Positions 1-10,476 of a stretch of DNA of 13,661 bases are shown here, piece by piece. A program made the position numbers and the translations under genes. The stretch is from NCBI GenBank assembly GCA_030141605.1, contig JAQGDQ010002134.1, forward strand, positions 1-13,661. Reading direction: 5' to 3'. The stretch comes from Tubiluchus corallicola. Taxonomy: Eukaryota; Animalia; Priapulida. Positions within the stretch are counted from its first letter, which is position 1. Every line of letters starts with the position of its first letter. A model generated the notes under the pieces. That model saw nothing but the letters and a program-made list of their open reading frames with translations. It made no database searches and was not told the origin of the DNA.

Positions 1-103
1 CTATAAATGTTTTTAAGTTCCTGTAAAAAAATTATACATTAGTGCAAACCTTTATAGGCTTTAACTACTGATTTAAGGCAGCCATGGGCCAAGCAGAAAT
101 TAC

Positions 104-260
<157 letters not shown>

Positions 261-1333
261 GTTGTAGTAATTTATGTATGTCGTATTAATACATTTTCTA
301 CTCAAACATCATGGTACATACAAAATTCACCTGTTCTACATAAGCCAATTCTAAATTTAAGCTGTTATTTTAATATCTTAGTAAATATACGCGCTAAATC
401 TAACTGTATAATATAGCATTGCACACATACATTCAATATATTCTAGCATTAAGTTTTAATTTATAAAGCGAAGATAAGTTTTCGTGTTTATCAAAGCTTT
501 TTACGCTAAATTACTCACGTAGCAACATTCAGCTAATATGCTCGCCTTCACGCAAAAAGCAAACAAGATGGCGTCATCATTGATGCTGATTTTTTACGAA
601 AAAAATCCTGCGGGCCTTTAGCCTCATCTGAAAACCATGGTGCTGAGGGCATGTCAAGGGTTCATACACTCGACAAAAAGCTACAATTAAAATTACCTTA
701 TGCAGGATTGCATTAAATTTAATACAATTAGCAAATGTGCAGAAATTAATTAGGCCTATTTACTTGTCATTAATTTTTGCCAAATTCATAGCAAATTAAT
801 GCTTTATTCAGTTGAGAATAACTAGGAACTAGAATAACGAATATGATCTTACATAGTAACTCAATAGGTTAACAAGTAAAGCTGTAATAAAATTTATCAC
901 CATATCAAAATACTTTGTTAGCAAAATTTAAAGGAAAAATAATTGCTTAGTGTGTTAACGGTATGATTATATACGACGATACGAACCGATTTAAATGAAT
1001 TCTGACTCAAAACTTGAAATGTAGGAAAAGTTTTGATGTACCTGGATTTGAGTTAGGGACTTGCTGCTTACAATTCAAAGTCGGCACTACTAACAGTGGA
1101 TTCGTATCATTTCTGTGATAATAATCTTGAGATTTATATCTATAAATTAAAATAAAAATATTTTTTCTAATACTTTTGTGTCACACTTTAAATTTTAATT
1201 AATTAAAATTATTCAAACCTAAAGTGCAATTAAGTTTCAATTTTTTAGGAAATTTCTATGCGTATGTTATTTGTATGCTGCTTGTATATGACAGCATTTA
1301 GTAAAGAAATACATAACTAATTAATAAATTAGC

Positions 1334-1347
1334 AAATAAATAAATAA

Positions 1348-1438
<91 letters not shown>

Positions 1439-1506
1439 TAGATACATAGAGAGATAAATAGATAGATAGATAAATAAATAAATAAATAAATAAATAAATG
1501 AATAAA
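1334..1506. repeat. Compound (AAAT)n/(AGAT)n tetranucleotide microsatellite
   Basis: Directly visible. A minus-strand AATAAA (tttatt, 1507-1512) abuts it, as expected of a retroelement tail. Confidence 0.95.
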
Positions 1507-2299
1507 TTTATTGTCACTGTAGCCTCACACAAGTTTTTGTATTTCTTTTTAAAAACTTAATGTGTCTTTCATGCAGCATATAAGTCAATAACCTCCTTAC
1601 TTCTTATACTCAATATATAAATTATTGCTTCTACTAGCCAAAATTTTAGTCACGAATTATTAAAATTTATAATTTTCATAAGTGCACTTATGCAGAGACC
1701 AACTTTTGTCTACTTCTAAGAAGTGTGACGTCATACGCATATACAGGTATGCAAATCGTAATTGTAACACATGTAGACATTTTCGCTTTTATTACGTAAT
1801 AATAATTAAGGAATGTGTTAATAAATTTTAAATAATCAATTATTTTTAACCTGTACTTATTAAATGTTTGAAGTAAAATGAATTGTACAGCATATTTGCT
1901 AATCCTAACTGTGTGAATCTTAGAAAAACAGCCATTCAACTTAATAGTTTTATTGCTATATTTTGTCCACGTGACTAGGCCCTACTGTAGCACATTTGTA
2001 AGAACTAAATGTTTGTTCAGTAAAAAAAACGTATAGAAATAATATGACGAATTTCACACATCGATATAAGAATATTTGTTTATGTTTCTTAGTGGTTTAT
2101 AAATCTAATTGATATTAGCTGTATCTGTCGTGATAAACTTTACTTTCTAATTCGTTCACGTTTGCATACTGACATGGCTCTCTAAAAAGGATTTTACAAT
2201 TTTACTTTAAGTCCAGAATTTGAATATTTAAACACAGAATCAGTTTTGATACATAGTTATATTATTTGAATGAACTTTTCTATGCGTTATATGCATGCA

Positions 2300-2512
2300 T
2301 ATTTATATATAAAAGTACTTATATTACGTATGTGTTTATTATAAAGTATTTATATATTATAAAGTATAATATATAGTATTTATATATGTAGTATATATAG
2401 TATTAAGTACTTATATAAGTATATATATTATACATACTTTTATAATATATTATGATATATATTATAATATATTATGAAAGTATGTATTTATGATATAAGT
2501 ATTTATATTTTA
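2300..2512. repeat. Degenerate TA-rich low-complexity tract with recurring AAGTA(C/T)TTATAT
   Basis: Almost pure A/T, with several copies of aagtacttatat or aagtatttatat. Confidence 0.75.
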
Positions 2513-2558
2513 AATTGGTATAATAAATGAAAGAAAGGGTTAACAGCGGTTATATGGC

Positions 2559-2771
2559 CTTTGATGTTTGCCGCGTTTATTTGCCACAAATTTATTTTTA
2601 GTGTAAAAAATTAATCACAAATTACTTACGATAGTTTATTTTTAGCGTCTGAATGAAATTTTGTATATAATCATGTATATAAGACGGGCAAATCTTCAAA
2701 TGATACGGCAAATAAAACACGGGGGGATAGGAGCAGGTTTGACTTTGATGTTTGCCGACTGTATATTTGCC
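2559..2771. repeat. Cluster of short direct and inverted repeats, possibly a DNA-transposon subterminal remnant
   Basis: CTTTGATGTTTGCCG at 2559-2573 and 2743-2757, each followed by TATTTGCC. An inverted partial copy CGGCAAATAAAACACGG lies at 2706-2722. Confidence 0.55.
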
Positions 2772-2881
2772 GTTTACGAATGCATTGTGTGAGCAGGTAT
2801 TATGTTCAGGTGAGCCCAAAGACACTGTTCTTATATTACCTGGCTGTAGAATGCACCAAGATATCGACTTGATTGTCTTAG

Positions 2882-3275
2882 AAGACATACCTTCGCTCAT
2901 CATTAAGGAACATTAGAACGAACAACCAATATGGAATGAATTCCATTACTAAGCAAGCAATGCAACTTTGGAATTCATTGCCGGCATCACTAAAACACAG
3001 CAGCTCTTTATCAATATTCAAGACTAAATTAAAAAAAAACATTTAATGACTAGTTTTGAATATCCGACATACGAACACGATGATACTTACTCAAATTTTC
3101 CTAGACCTTACTAAACTAGTTTATATTTTATTTTTGAATTTCTAGTTGCATTTATAGTTTAGCTTGCACCAGACGCATTTGCCCAGAACAGTGTATGTTT
3201 TTTTATATGAACTAACACTGACTGTCTGTCTTTTATTATGATGGTCAATGTTTTTACAATGGCAAATAAAGATTT
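2882..3275 (+). mobile_element. 5'-truncated CR1/L2-group non-LTR retrotransposon: ORF2 C-terminus plus 3' UTR
   Basis: Manual translation of 2882-3046 gives KTYLRSSLRNIRTNNQYGMNSITKQAMQLWNSLPASLKHSSSLSIFKTKLKKNI*. This matches the WNSLP..K...SL..FK.KLK end typical of CR1/L2-type ORF2 (W codon at 2969). AATAAA at 3265-3270 is followed by an (ACT)n tail. Confidence 0.85.
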
Positions 3276-3552
<277 letters not shown>

Positions 3553-4294
3553 GCCATGTAGAGAGCTTATTGATTAGACGGTGTTTTATTGTTGCCTAAT
3601 GTTATTTTACAAAATAAGCAAATTGATGAGTATACGGTACAGTATTTGCACAGGTAGTTTTTGTTACAGGTAGGGTTTGTGGAGAAATTCAGAGAGAAGA
3701 GCATTTTTTGTGCTAGTGCCATAAAAATGCACTTTATAGATCACTGTACGCGTTAAATTATAGTAATATTGCAAATTTATTTGACGGAGAATTAATGTCA
3801 AATGGAAATTTCATTTACGACTGTATGCACAGATTTTTGAATTAAATAGTGTAGCTTTGTTAGCAGACATATAACCGCATCACTGTGATTATCAGATAAG
3901 TAAAATATTTGTTTATCACATGTGTACAAATGGTTAGTAAATAGTTGTTTTTACTTCATAGAGTTTACAACTAAATTTGTATATCTGTATACCTTGTGCA
4001 GCTATGTTGAGTCAAATTGTTAGTATGATCTGGAATCATTACCCGAGCTCTGCCCGCTGATAAAACCATCGGGTATGCATCGAGTTTGTAATTTTTGTGT
4101 TGGAAATTTGATTTTCAGAAATAAAATATTTATCTATCTATCTATGTACAGTAGGCAAAAGAAAGAACATTTGTCACGCAATCCATATAATCGCATTATA
4201 ATAATAACAACCCGTCTAATTGTCGTAATTTATCACTTTTATTACACTGTCCTACCCTGGTGACGGTTATAATGATAATAATTAATTGTCTTAC

Positions 4295-4892
4295 CCGCTT
4301 TTGCGTTGTTTCGTTTCAGCTGCATCCATTTATACGTGGGGTGATGATTAGCGCTACTATTAGCGTTTGATGCACCTGAACAGGTAGGCGATCTTTGATT
4401 AGAAGTTGCCGAAATGTTTTGGTTTTCGTTTGGAATGTAACCGGACAGTTCAGCGTGCGACGGCACACCGTGACTGTTTTGTTGCGCGTTTATGTAAGCG
4501 TTATTCGCGTACGAAACCACGCCGCTACAGTCCGGGCTGTAGTTAAAATAGGAACCAGCATGGTGGCCCGTACTGTGCGTCAGATCTGTGTACACGGGCC
4601 CGTCGGGTTGCTGTGTGTAGGAATTGTACGTGTTATAACTGCACGAACCAGGAGATTCCGACGCATATTCGTACCCGTTGCTATACGAGATCGTGTCGAT
4701 TTGAGAACCGGGTCCGTCGGAAATGTAGTGTCCTGATTCTGGAATATACGGTGAACTGCTTCCGTTCGCTGGAGAGCCATAGTACACTTGACTCCCTGAT
4801 AAATGATCGCCACTGTAGTGCTGATTTGGAATGTATCCCGTTTCGACAACTGTATTGCACATTAGAGAATAGTCTATTACCTCCGAATTCAT
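4295..4892 (-). CDS. lab: Homeobox protein labial / Hox1 (paralog group 1), first coding exon (199 codons + 1 nt)
   Basis: The N-terminus MNSEVIDYSLMCN resembles the Hox1 MNS..(D/E)Y..CN motif. A Ser/Tyr/Gly/Pro/Asn-rich region follows, then hexapeptide TYKWM (4323-4337) and QLKRN, as in arthropod Labial. A canonical phase-1 donor lies shortly after. GC and CpG content is well above the flanks. The track's start at 4895 is GTG; the ATG is at 4892. Confidence 0.92.
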
Positions 4893-4989
4893 CACGTTTA
4901 TCCTTTAAACTCCTCAGCTTCAGCAACTGCTGATGAGGGGCAAATTAGCTGTCGTTGTTAAGAGATAAATCCGAAAATAAATGCGAAGG

Positions 4990-5110
4990 TAATTTACGAC
5001 AGCGAATCTTGACACGGCGTCGAGCCGACTGGGGTCACGTGACCGATGACGGCCAATCAGGACGCTGGCGCTGGCTGCTTTGATGGTCGCCCGGCGGAAT
5101 GATGAATTGT
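4990..5110 (-). promoter_or_regulatory. Putative proximal promoter of labial/Hox1
   Basis: CpG-rich segment 100-220 bp upstream of the ATG. It holds TTTACGAC (4993-5000), palindrome GGTCACGTGACC (5033-5044), GGCCAATCAG (5051-5060), TGATGGTC (5081-5088) and TGATGAATTG (5100-5109). The TSS cannot be determined from sequence. Confidence 0.7.
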
Positions 5111-5787
5111 TGCAGTTTCACAGCTAAGAAATATTACCTATACAGTTGTAAATACATACTTAGTCTTCGTCCGAGTTTCGTTCTCAGAAGATCGTTCTAA
5201 CGAAACTGCTGCAAGGTGTTTTGCAGGAACGTCAGGTATCTCAACTATGATGCAACCGCTTGACAAGACAGGTGAGTCAATTTAATGAATTCTAAATACC
5301 GCGATGAAAAAATAATGAGCAGGTAGGTAACATATTGATAATCACAGATACTGAGCCGTAGAAGTCGACACGAGCATGTTAAAGGTATAGAACTAAGGTG
5401 CGTTGTGCTCACCTGTACGTTTATTTAACCTGTAATCAACGCGACTTTCTCAGGTGTGACAAGGGCTAAAATGCTTTAAGCTACTTCTTAACCCTTTAGT
5501 AACAGAACTGGGGACATTAGTGACAAGCAGACTGGTTCGATTTGTGGCTTGGCTTATTTGTTTAGACATAGTTTGTTTGTTTCAGATTAGACAGTTTTTA
5601 AAACTGATACAGATCCTCACCATGCAAGTATATGTACAAGCAAAAGTAAAGAAAATAAAACAAAGTAATTTAAATACAAACAATCTCAAATAGATATACG
5701 TACATACAAATACAGATAAACAAAGGCATATACATACAAACCTGGCAATGAATAATATAACAAGTAAATAATAACAATAACAATGAT

Positions 5788-6173
5788 TGAATAATTGTAT
5801 TGTTTTGTTTAGATTCAGGTATCTAACTTTATTATTTTTTGTTTTCAGTTCTTTCTGGATAATTTATATCATTTATACCATTATTATTATTACTTTTTTC
5901 TTATTTGTTTTTGCTTTTGTTATCTGCAGCATCACCGTTAATTTTTAATATACTAATATATTTATAAGAAAGGGCAGGAGACTAGATGACCCTATGGTCC
6001 TTTCCTGCCCTGCTCCATGATTATAATTACTTAATATTTAAAAAACTTTTGATGTTAAACTAATTGGAGAAAATAAATGTTCTATGTCTACGTCTATGTC
6101 TATGTCTATGTCTATGTCTATGTCTATGTCTATGTCTATGTCTATGTCTATGTCTATGTCTATGTCTATGTCT
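5788..6173 (+). mobile_element. LINE-type (CR1/L2-like) 3' UTR fragment, copy A, with (CTATGT)n tail
   Basis: T-rich UTR-like sequence. Stem-loop AGGGCAGGA (5971-5979) / TCCTGCCCT (6003-6011) with an inner GACC-ctat-GGTC stem. AATAAA at 6072-6077, then a hexamer tail. A second, inverted copy lies at 6345-6645. The family call is inferred from structure only. Confidence 0.65.
6081..6173. repeat. (CTATGT)n hexanucleotide microsatellite, about 15 units
   Basis: Directly visible. Explains the (LC)n ORF 6064..6276. Confidence 0.95.
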
Positions 6174-6344
6174 TAAAATTTACCCTAAAATGCATGAAGG
6201 GATCCTACGGTCTGACCATGTTGAAACGTTTAGTTCTCCTAAAGTAATTCTGAATGCAATAAAAACTTGCAGTTAATATCAATATTAAAATCAAAATTTC
6301 CACTGTGATACAATGACATTAATACTTAATCTTGTTGTTTTTTC

Positions 6345-6645
6345 AGACATAGAACATTTATTTTCTCCAATTAGTTTAACACCAAAAGTTTTTTAAATAT
6401 TAAGTAATTATAATCATGGAGCAGGACAGGGAAGGACCATGGGGTCATCTAGTCTCCTGCCCTTTCTTATAAATATATTAGTATATTAAAAATTAACGGT
6501 GATGCTGCAGATAACAAAAACAAAAACAAATAAGAAAAAATAATAATAAAAACAGTATAAATGATACAAATTATCCAAAAAGAACTGAAAACAAAAAATA
6601 ATAAAGTTAGATACCCAAATCTAAACAAAACAATACAATTATTCA
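6345..6645 (-). mobile_element. LINE-type 3' UTR fragment, copy B (inverted relative to copy A)
   Basis: Its reverse complement matches 5788-6089 with roughly a dozen differences by eye (about 95% identity). The tail is reduced to about one unit. It may extend to ~6860, where the same strand stays pyrimidine-rich. Confidence 0.65.
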
Positions 6646-7207
6646 GTAATTAGGATTATTATATGTAGTAGTTTCAAATGGGGTTTTATTAACAGGGGAA
6701 TATGACTAAGGTTAGTGAATAGAGTTAAAAACTGAGAGTATGGAAAGAAAAAAATAAGCATCAAAAAAGTGTAATATAGAAAAATTTATGAGAAAAAGTA
6801 AGTATGAGAAAGAGCAACAATTACTTAGGAGATGGGAGAAAAAAAGAAAAGAAAAAAACTTGCTAGCTTTCTTATTAGTCTTACGAGTTATGTACTACAG
6901 GTATATCCATTTAGTAAGATTTTTGTGTATTTTTTGGAAGCAGAAAATAAGCTACGATAGTTGTTGTTCTTGTTGTTGTTCGCTTTTTAACGCTATTTTA
7001 CACTAGTGATCTGTCTAGAACCATTCAATGTGTTTATTTTTCATATTTCATTTTAGTAATACGTCGTAGCAAACTGCTAAGTCAGTTTGAATAGAGCAAT
7101 TACCTAAACGTTTGGCTAATACTAAAAGTGAATTGTAAGTTATAAATCTAGCAATTCTGAAGTTATGTTGTTTCTTAATAAAAATTAATGAGGTGAAATG
7201 TTGACGT

Positions 7208-7406
7208 ATGTTGGGTGTCGAACTCACGGCTCGTGTATGAAGCTGGCATTGTTCATAGAATGACTCCGCAAAGCTATCAATTTTTGAAACCCAACACGAC
7301 AGAAGAGAAGGACATATGAGAAAACCATGATTCGTGACAAGCCTGGATTTGAGCCCATGACCTTTGGCATAATGGTTGAATGCAATAACCACTGGGCTAT
7401 CATAAC
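7208..7406 (-). mobile_element. tRNA-derived SINE-like sequence with degenerate Pol III A/B boxes
   Basis: Minus strand: A box TAGCCCAGTGG (7399-7389) and B box GGCTCAAATCC (7355-7345) at tRNA-like spacing. A second pair follows: TAGCTTTGCGG (7276-7266) and GAGTTCGACACC (7225-7214). No intact cloverleaf. Confidence 0.6.
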
Positions 7407-7763
7407 AATTTTATGTTAATTTTGAGCAAGAAATCAGTTTAAACAGGGTCTGATTAAGTTTCGCTGGCCCATAAAACAAAAGAACAGCCTATAAAGAAGA
7501 GACTATATCCACTTGTGCTATACAGCTGAAGCTGAAATTTGTTCACGTGGAATATGTTAGCACAAAACTGTATCTACTTAAATTTTAGCTTAAAATCAGA
7601 CTCGTGCTCAGGTCAGATTGTCATTAAATTTCTTAAAAACTATAAAAATGTTCTTCAGTTTTTGTATAGACTTATCAACAGCATTTGTCGTTATTCGTGA
7701 CGAGTTGGAATGATTTTGTTTCTCAGGTTCTTTCGGTTGGTTTGACCAGAAGACGAGTTGCTG

Positions 7764-9042
7764 TTCATCATTGAGGTTACCTGTGATGAAGATTCATTAT
7801 TGAGGTTACCTGTGATGAAGATTCATCATTGAGGTTACCTGTGATGAAGATTCATCATTGAAGTTACCTGTGATGAAGTTTCATCATTGAGGTTACCTGT
7901 GATGAAGATTCATCATTGAAGTTACCTGTGATGAAGTTTCATCAGTGAGGTTACCTGTGATGAAGTTTCATCATTGAGGTTACCTGTGATGAAGATTCAT
8001 CATTGAGGTTACCTGTGATGAAGATTCATCATTGAGGTTACCTGTGATGAAGATTCATCATTGAGGTTACCTGTGATGAAGTTTCATCATTGAGGTTACC
8101 TGTGATGAAGATTCATCATTGAGGTTACCTGTGATGAAGTTTCATCATTGAGGTTACCTGTGATGAAGATTCATCATTGAGGTTACCTGTGATGAAGATT
8201 CATCATTGAAGTTACCTGTGATGAAGTTTCATCAGTGAGGTTACCTGTGATGAAGTTTCATCATTGAGGTTACCTGTGATGCAGATTCATCATTGATGTT
8301 ACCTGTGATGAAGTTTCATCATTGAGGTTACCTGTGATGAAGATTCATCATTGAGGTTACCTGTGATGAAGATTCATCACTGAGGTTATCTGTGATGAAG
8401 ATTCATCATTGAGGTTACCTGTGATGAAGTTTCATCATTGAGGTTACCAGTGATGCAGATTCATCATTGATGTTACCTGTGATGAAGATTCATCATTGAG
8501 TTTACCTGTGATGAAGATTCATCATTGAGGTTACCTGTGATGAAGTTTCATCATTGAGGTTACCAGTGATGCAGATTCATCATTGATGTTACCTGTGATG
8601 AAGATTCATCATTGAGGTTACCTGTGATGAAGTTTCATCATTGAGGTTACCAGTGATGCAGATTCATCATTGATGTTACCTGTGATGAAGATTCATCATT
8701 GAGTTTACCTGTGATGAAGATTCATCATTGAGGTTACCTGTGATGAAGATTCATCATTGAGGTTACCTGTGATGAAGTTTCATCATTGAGGTTACCTGTG
8801 ATGCAGATTCATCATTGATGTTACCTGTGATGAAGATTCATCATTGAGTTTACCTGTGATGAAGATTCATCATTGAGGTTACCTGTGATGAAGTTTCATC
8901 ATTGAGGTTACCTGTGATGAAGATTCATCATTGAGGTTACCTGTGATGAAGTTTCATCATTGAGGTTACCTGTGATGAAGATTCATCATTGAGGTTACCT
9001 GTGGTGAAGTTTCATCATTGAGGTTACCTGTGATGAAGATTC
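7764..9042. repeat. 29-bp palindromic minisatellite, 44 copies, consensus TTCATCATTGAGGTTACCTGTGATGAAG(A/T)
   Basis: First unit at 7764, last at 9011 (43 x 29 bp later). No indels and no spacers. Each unit has TTCATCA...TGATGAA outer and AGGT-T-ACCT inner inverted repeats. Confidence 0.98.
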
Positions 9043-9409
9043 TGAAATATTGGACAGCAAGAAATAAGTTGCACGTGAAATGACCTACACTTGCAAGTTT
9101 CGAATTTTTACGTCTAGATGGGCTTGCGTGTTCAAAGAAGTCATGTACCTAAATACTCTGTGTCCAAAATGCAGTTGCTAAAACAGTTGTCTAAGTGGTC
9201 AAAGGCATCTTGCCTGAATTTTTATCGTGAGGCATCCTATATTAAAACGTGTTTACAGTGAAAATGAAATATTTTGTGTACAATATAGGCTAAATCGCTC
9301 AGTTGTCTTTGGCATGTTCAGTTTAAATAATTTAAAAAGCATCATCTTGGTTTAATTGGTAATCGATCTGAGGACTCCGACGGCCTGTCAAAGGCCCTTC
9401 AGGGCTTAA

Positions 9410-10026
9410 AGGAAGACAGGACGATTTTTTCTATACTACCCAAGTCCGATAGAAAGTATACATTTTAACACAATTAATACTACAAAAGCGTCTCTGATAA
9501 TTAAATAATAGATTAAAAACTCAACTGCAGGCGAGCCCAACTATTGATAACATCACAAACTAACATAATTTTCAACATCAAAAACATTCCAGGAGCGTAT
9601 TGTACGAGTTTGCGAAAACGAAAATTGAAATACAGTGTTACTGTAAGATATTCAGTGTGTTGTACTAAAAATAGGCAGGTTTTAAGATAAAACTATGACA
9701 TTCAAATTTACGGCTGTGCTTGCGCATGAGCTGTCGAACATGTATAGTTCATCACAAACTAACACATCTGAACTGAAAGGTACAGCACCTGTTTTTTGTG
9801 CGATGCGTTTCCGAAATGCAGGCGCTAGTGAACGTCTAACTATCGAATGGCGAAATGCATGTAACATGTAACTGCGAAGAACTATTGGCGCGAACGTGAA
9901 ATTGTGTTTGTGCGGTAATAATTCTTTCACGTAAGTGATTTTTTAAAAAAAATAGTATGCTTCCTTTCAATATTCTAAAGAGTAGATTATTTTGACCTAC
10001 AGTTTAAGGTTGGGTTCGGTTTTGCT
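9410..10026 (+). mobile_element. Non-autonomous TTAA-flanked DNA transposon (Kolobok-like), copy 1, 617 bp
   Basis: Flanked by TTAA at 9406-9409 and 10027-10030. Ends read AGGAAGACAGGAC...GTTCGGTTTTGCT (imperfect TIR, AG..CT termini). Homology to copy 2 stops exactly at the TTAAs. A TTAA target with purine-purine starts fits Kolobok better than piggyBac (CC starts). Strand is arbitrary. Confidence 0.8.
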
Positions 10027-10476
10027 TTAACTTTGGTCTAATTACCCTAGTAATTAACCCCCCCCCTGATTGTAATGTAATAGATAAAAGATGCGTACTT
10101 CATGGACTTGACAATAGAGCAGTTTTTTAAATGACGCATTTTATCCGTTATACCGTTGTAATGCACATACTGCTACTGTCTGTACACGTTTGTGCTGCAC
10201 GCGTATGTTTTGTTTGCACGTATTTGTAAAATGTACAAACTTTAGTATCACGCTACATGTTTCGGACATTTTTTATTTGTGCTTTTTTAAATAACTACCT
10301 CACACCATCCACAACACGCGACCCCACCCACACCATGCCGCAAGACGACAGCAATATAAACGACGACGGCGAAATGAACCGCTGTATGGAGTTACTTGCA
10401 AGCGAGTAACAATGGAAACATTTTGCACAATGTTGAAACTGCGTGAAATGTCAAATGCGTTCACCGATGAAAAATT

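Noticed and set aside
1688-1939. Possible homeobox exon (ORF contains FNKY on the correct strand)
   Set aside because: No surrounding homeodomain residues (no LEKEFH, RRIEIA or WFQN), so the match is coincidental.
4242-4294. C-terminal GKTINYYHYNRHQGRTV* of the 217-aa ORF
   Set aside because: Read-through past the GTAAGA donor into the intron. A homeodomain-less intron-retaining isoform cannot be excluded but has no support here.
4395-4933. Four ORFs overlapping the Hox exon (4395..4736, 4580..4849, 4613..4933, 4681..4926)
   Set aside because: Shadow frames of a GC-richer coding exon, with no recognisable motifs.
7335-7406. Functional tRNA gene
   Set aside because: The B box is mutated (GGCTCAA rather than GGTTCRA), and I could not form convincing acceptor or anticodon stems.
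7764-9042. CRISPR array (29-bp palindromic repeats)
   Set aside because: Units are directly adjacent with no unique spacers, there are no cas genes, and the context is an animal genome.
7764-9045. C/D-box snoRNA cluster (GTGATGA resembles box C)
   Set aside because: The consensus unit has no box D (CTGA), and 29 bp is too short to hold a guide.
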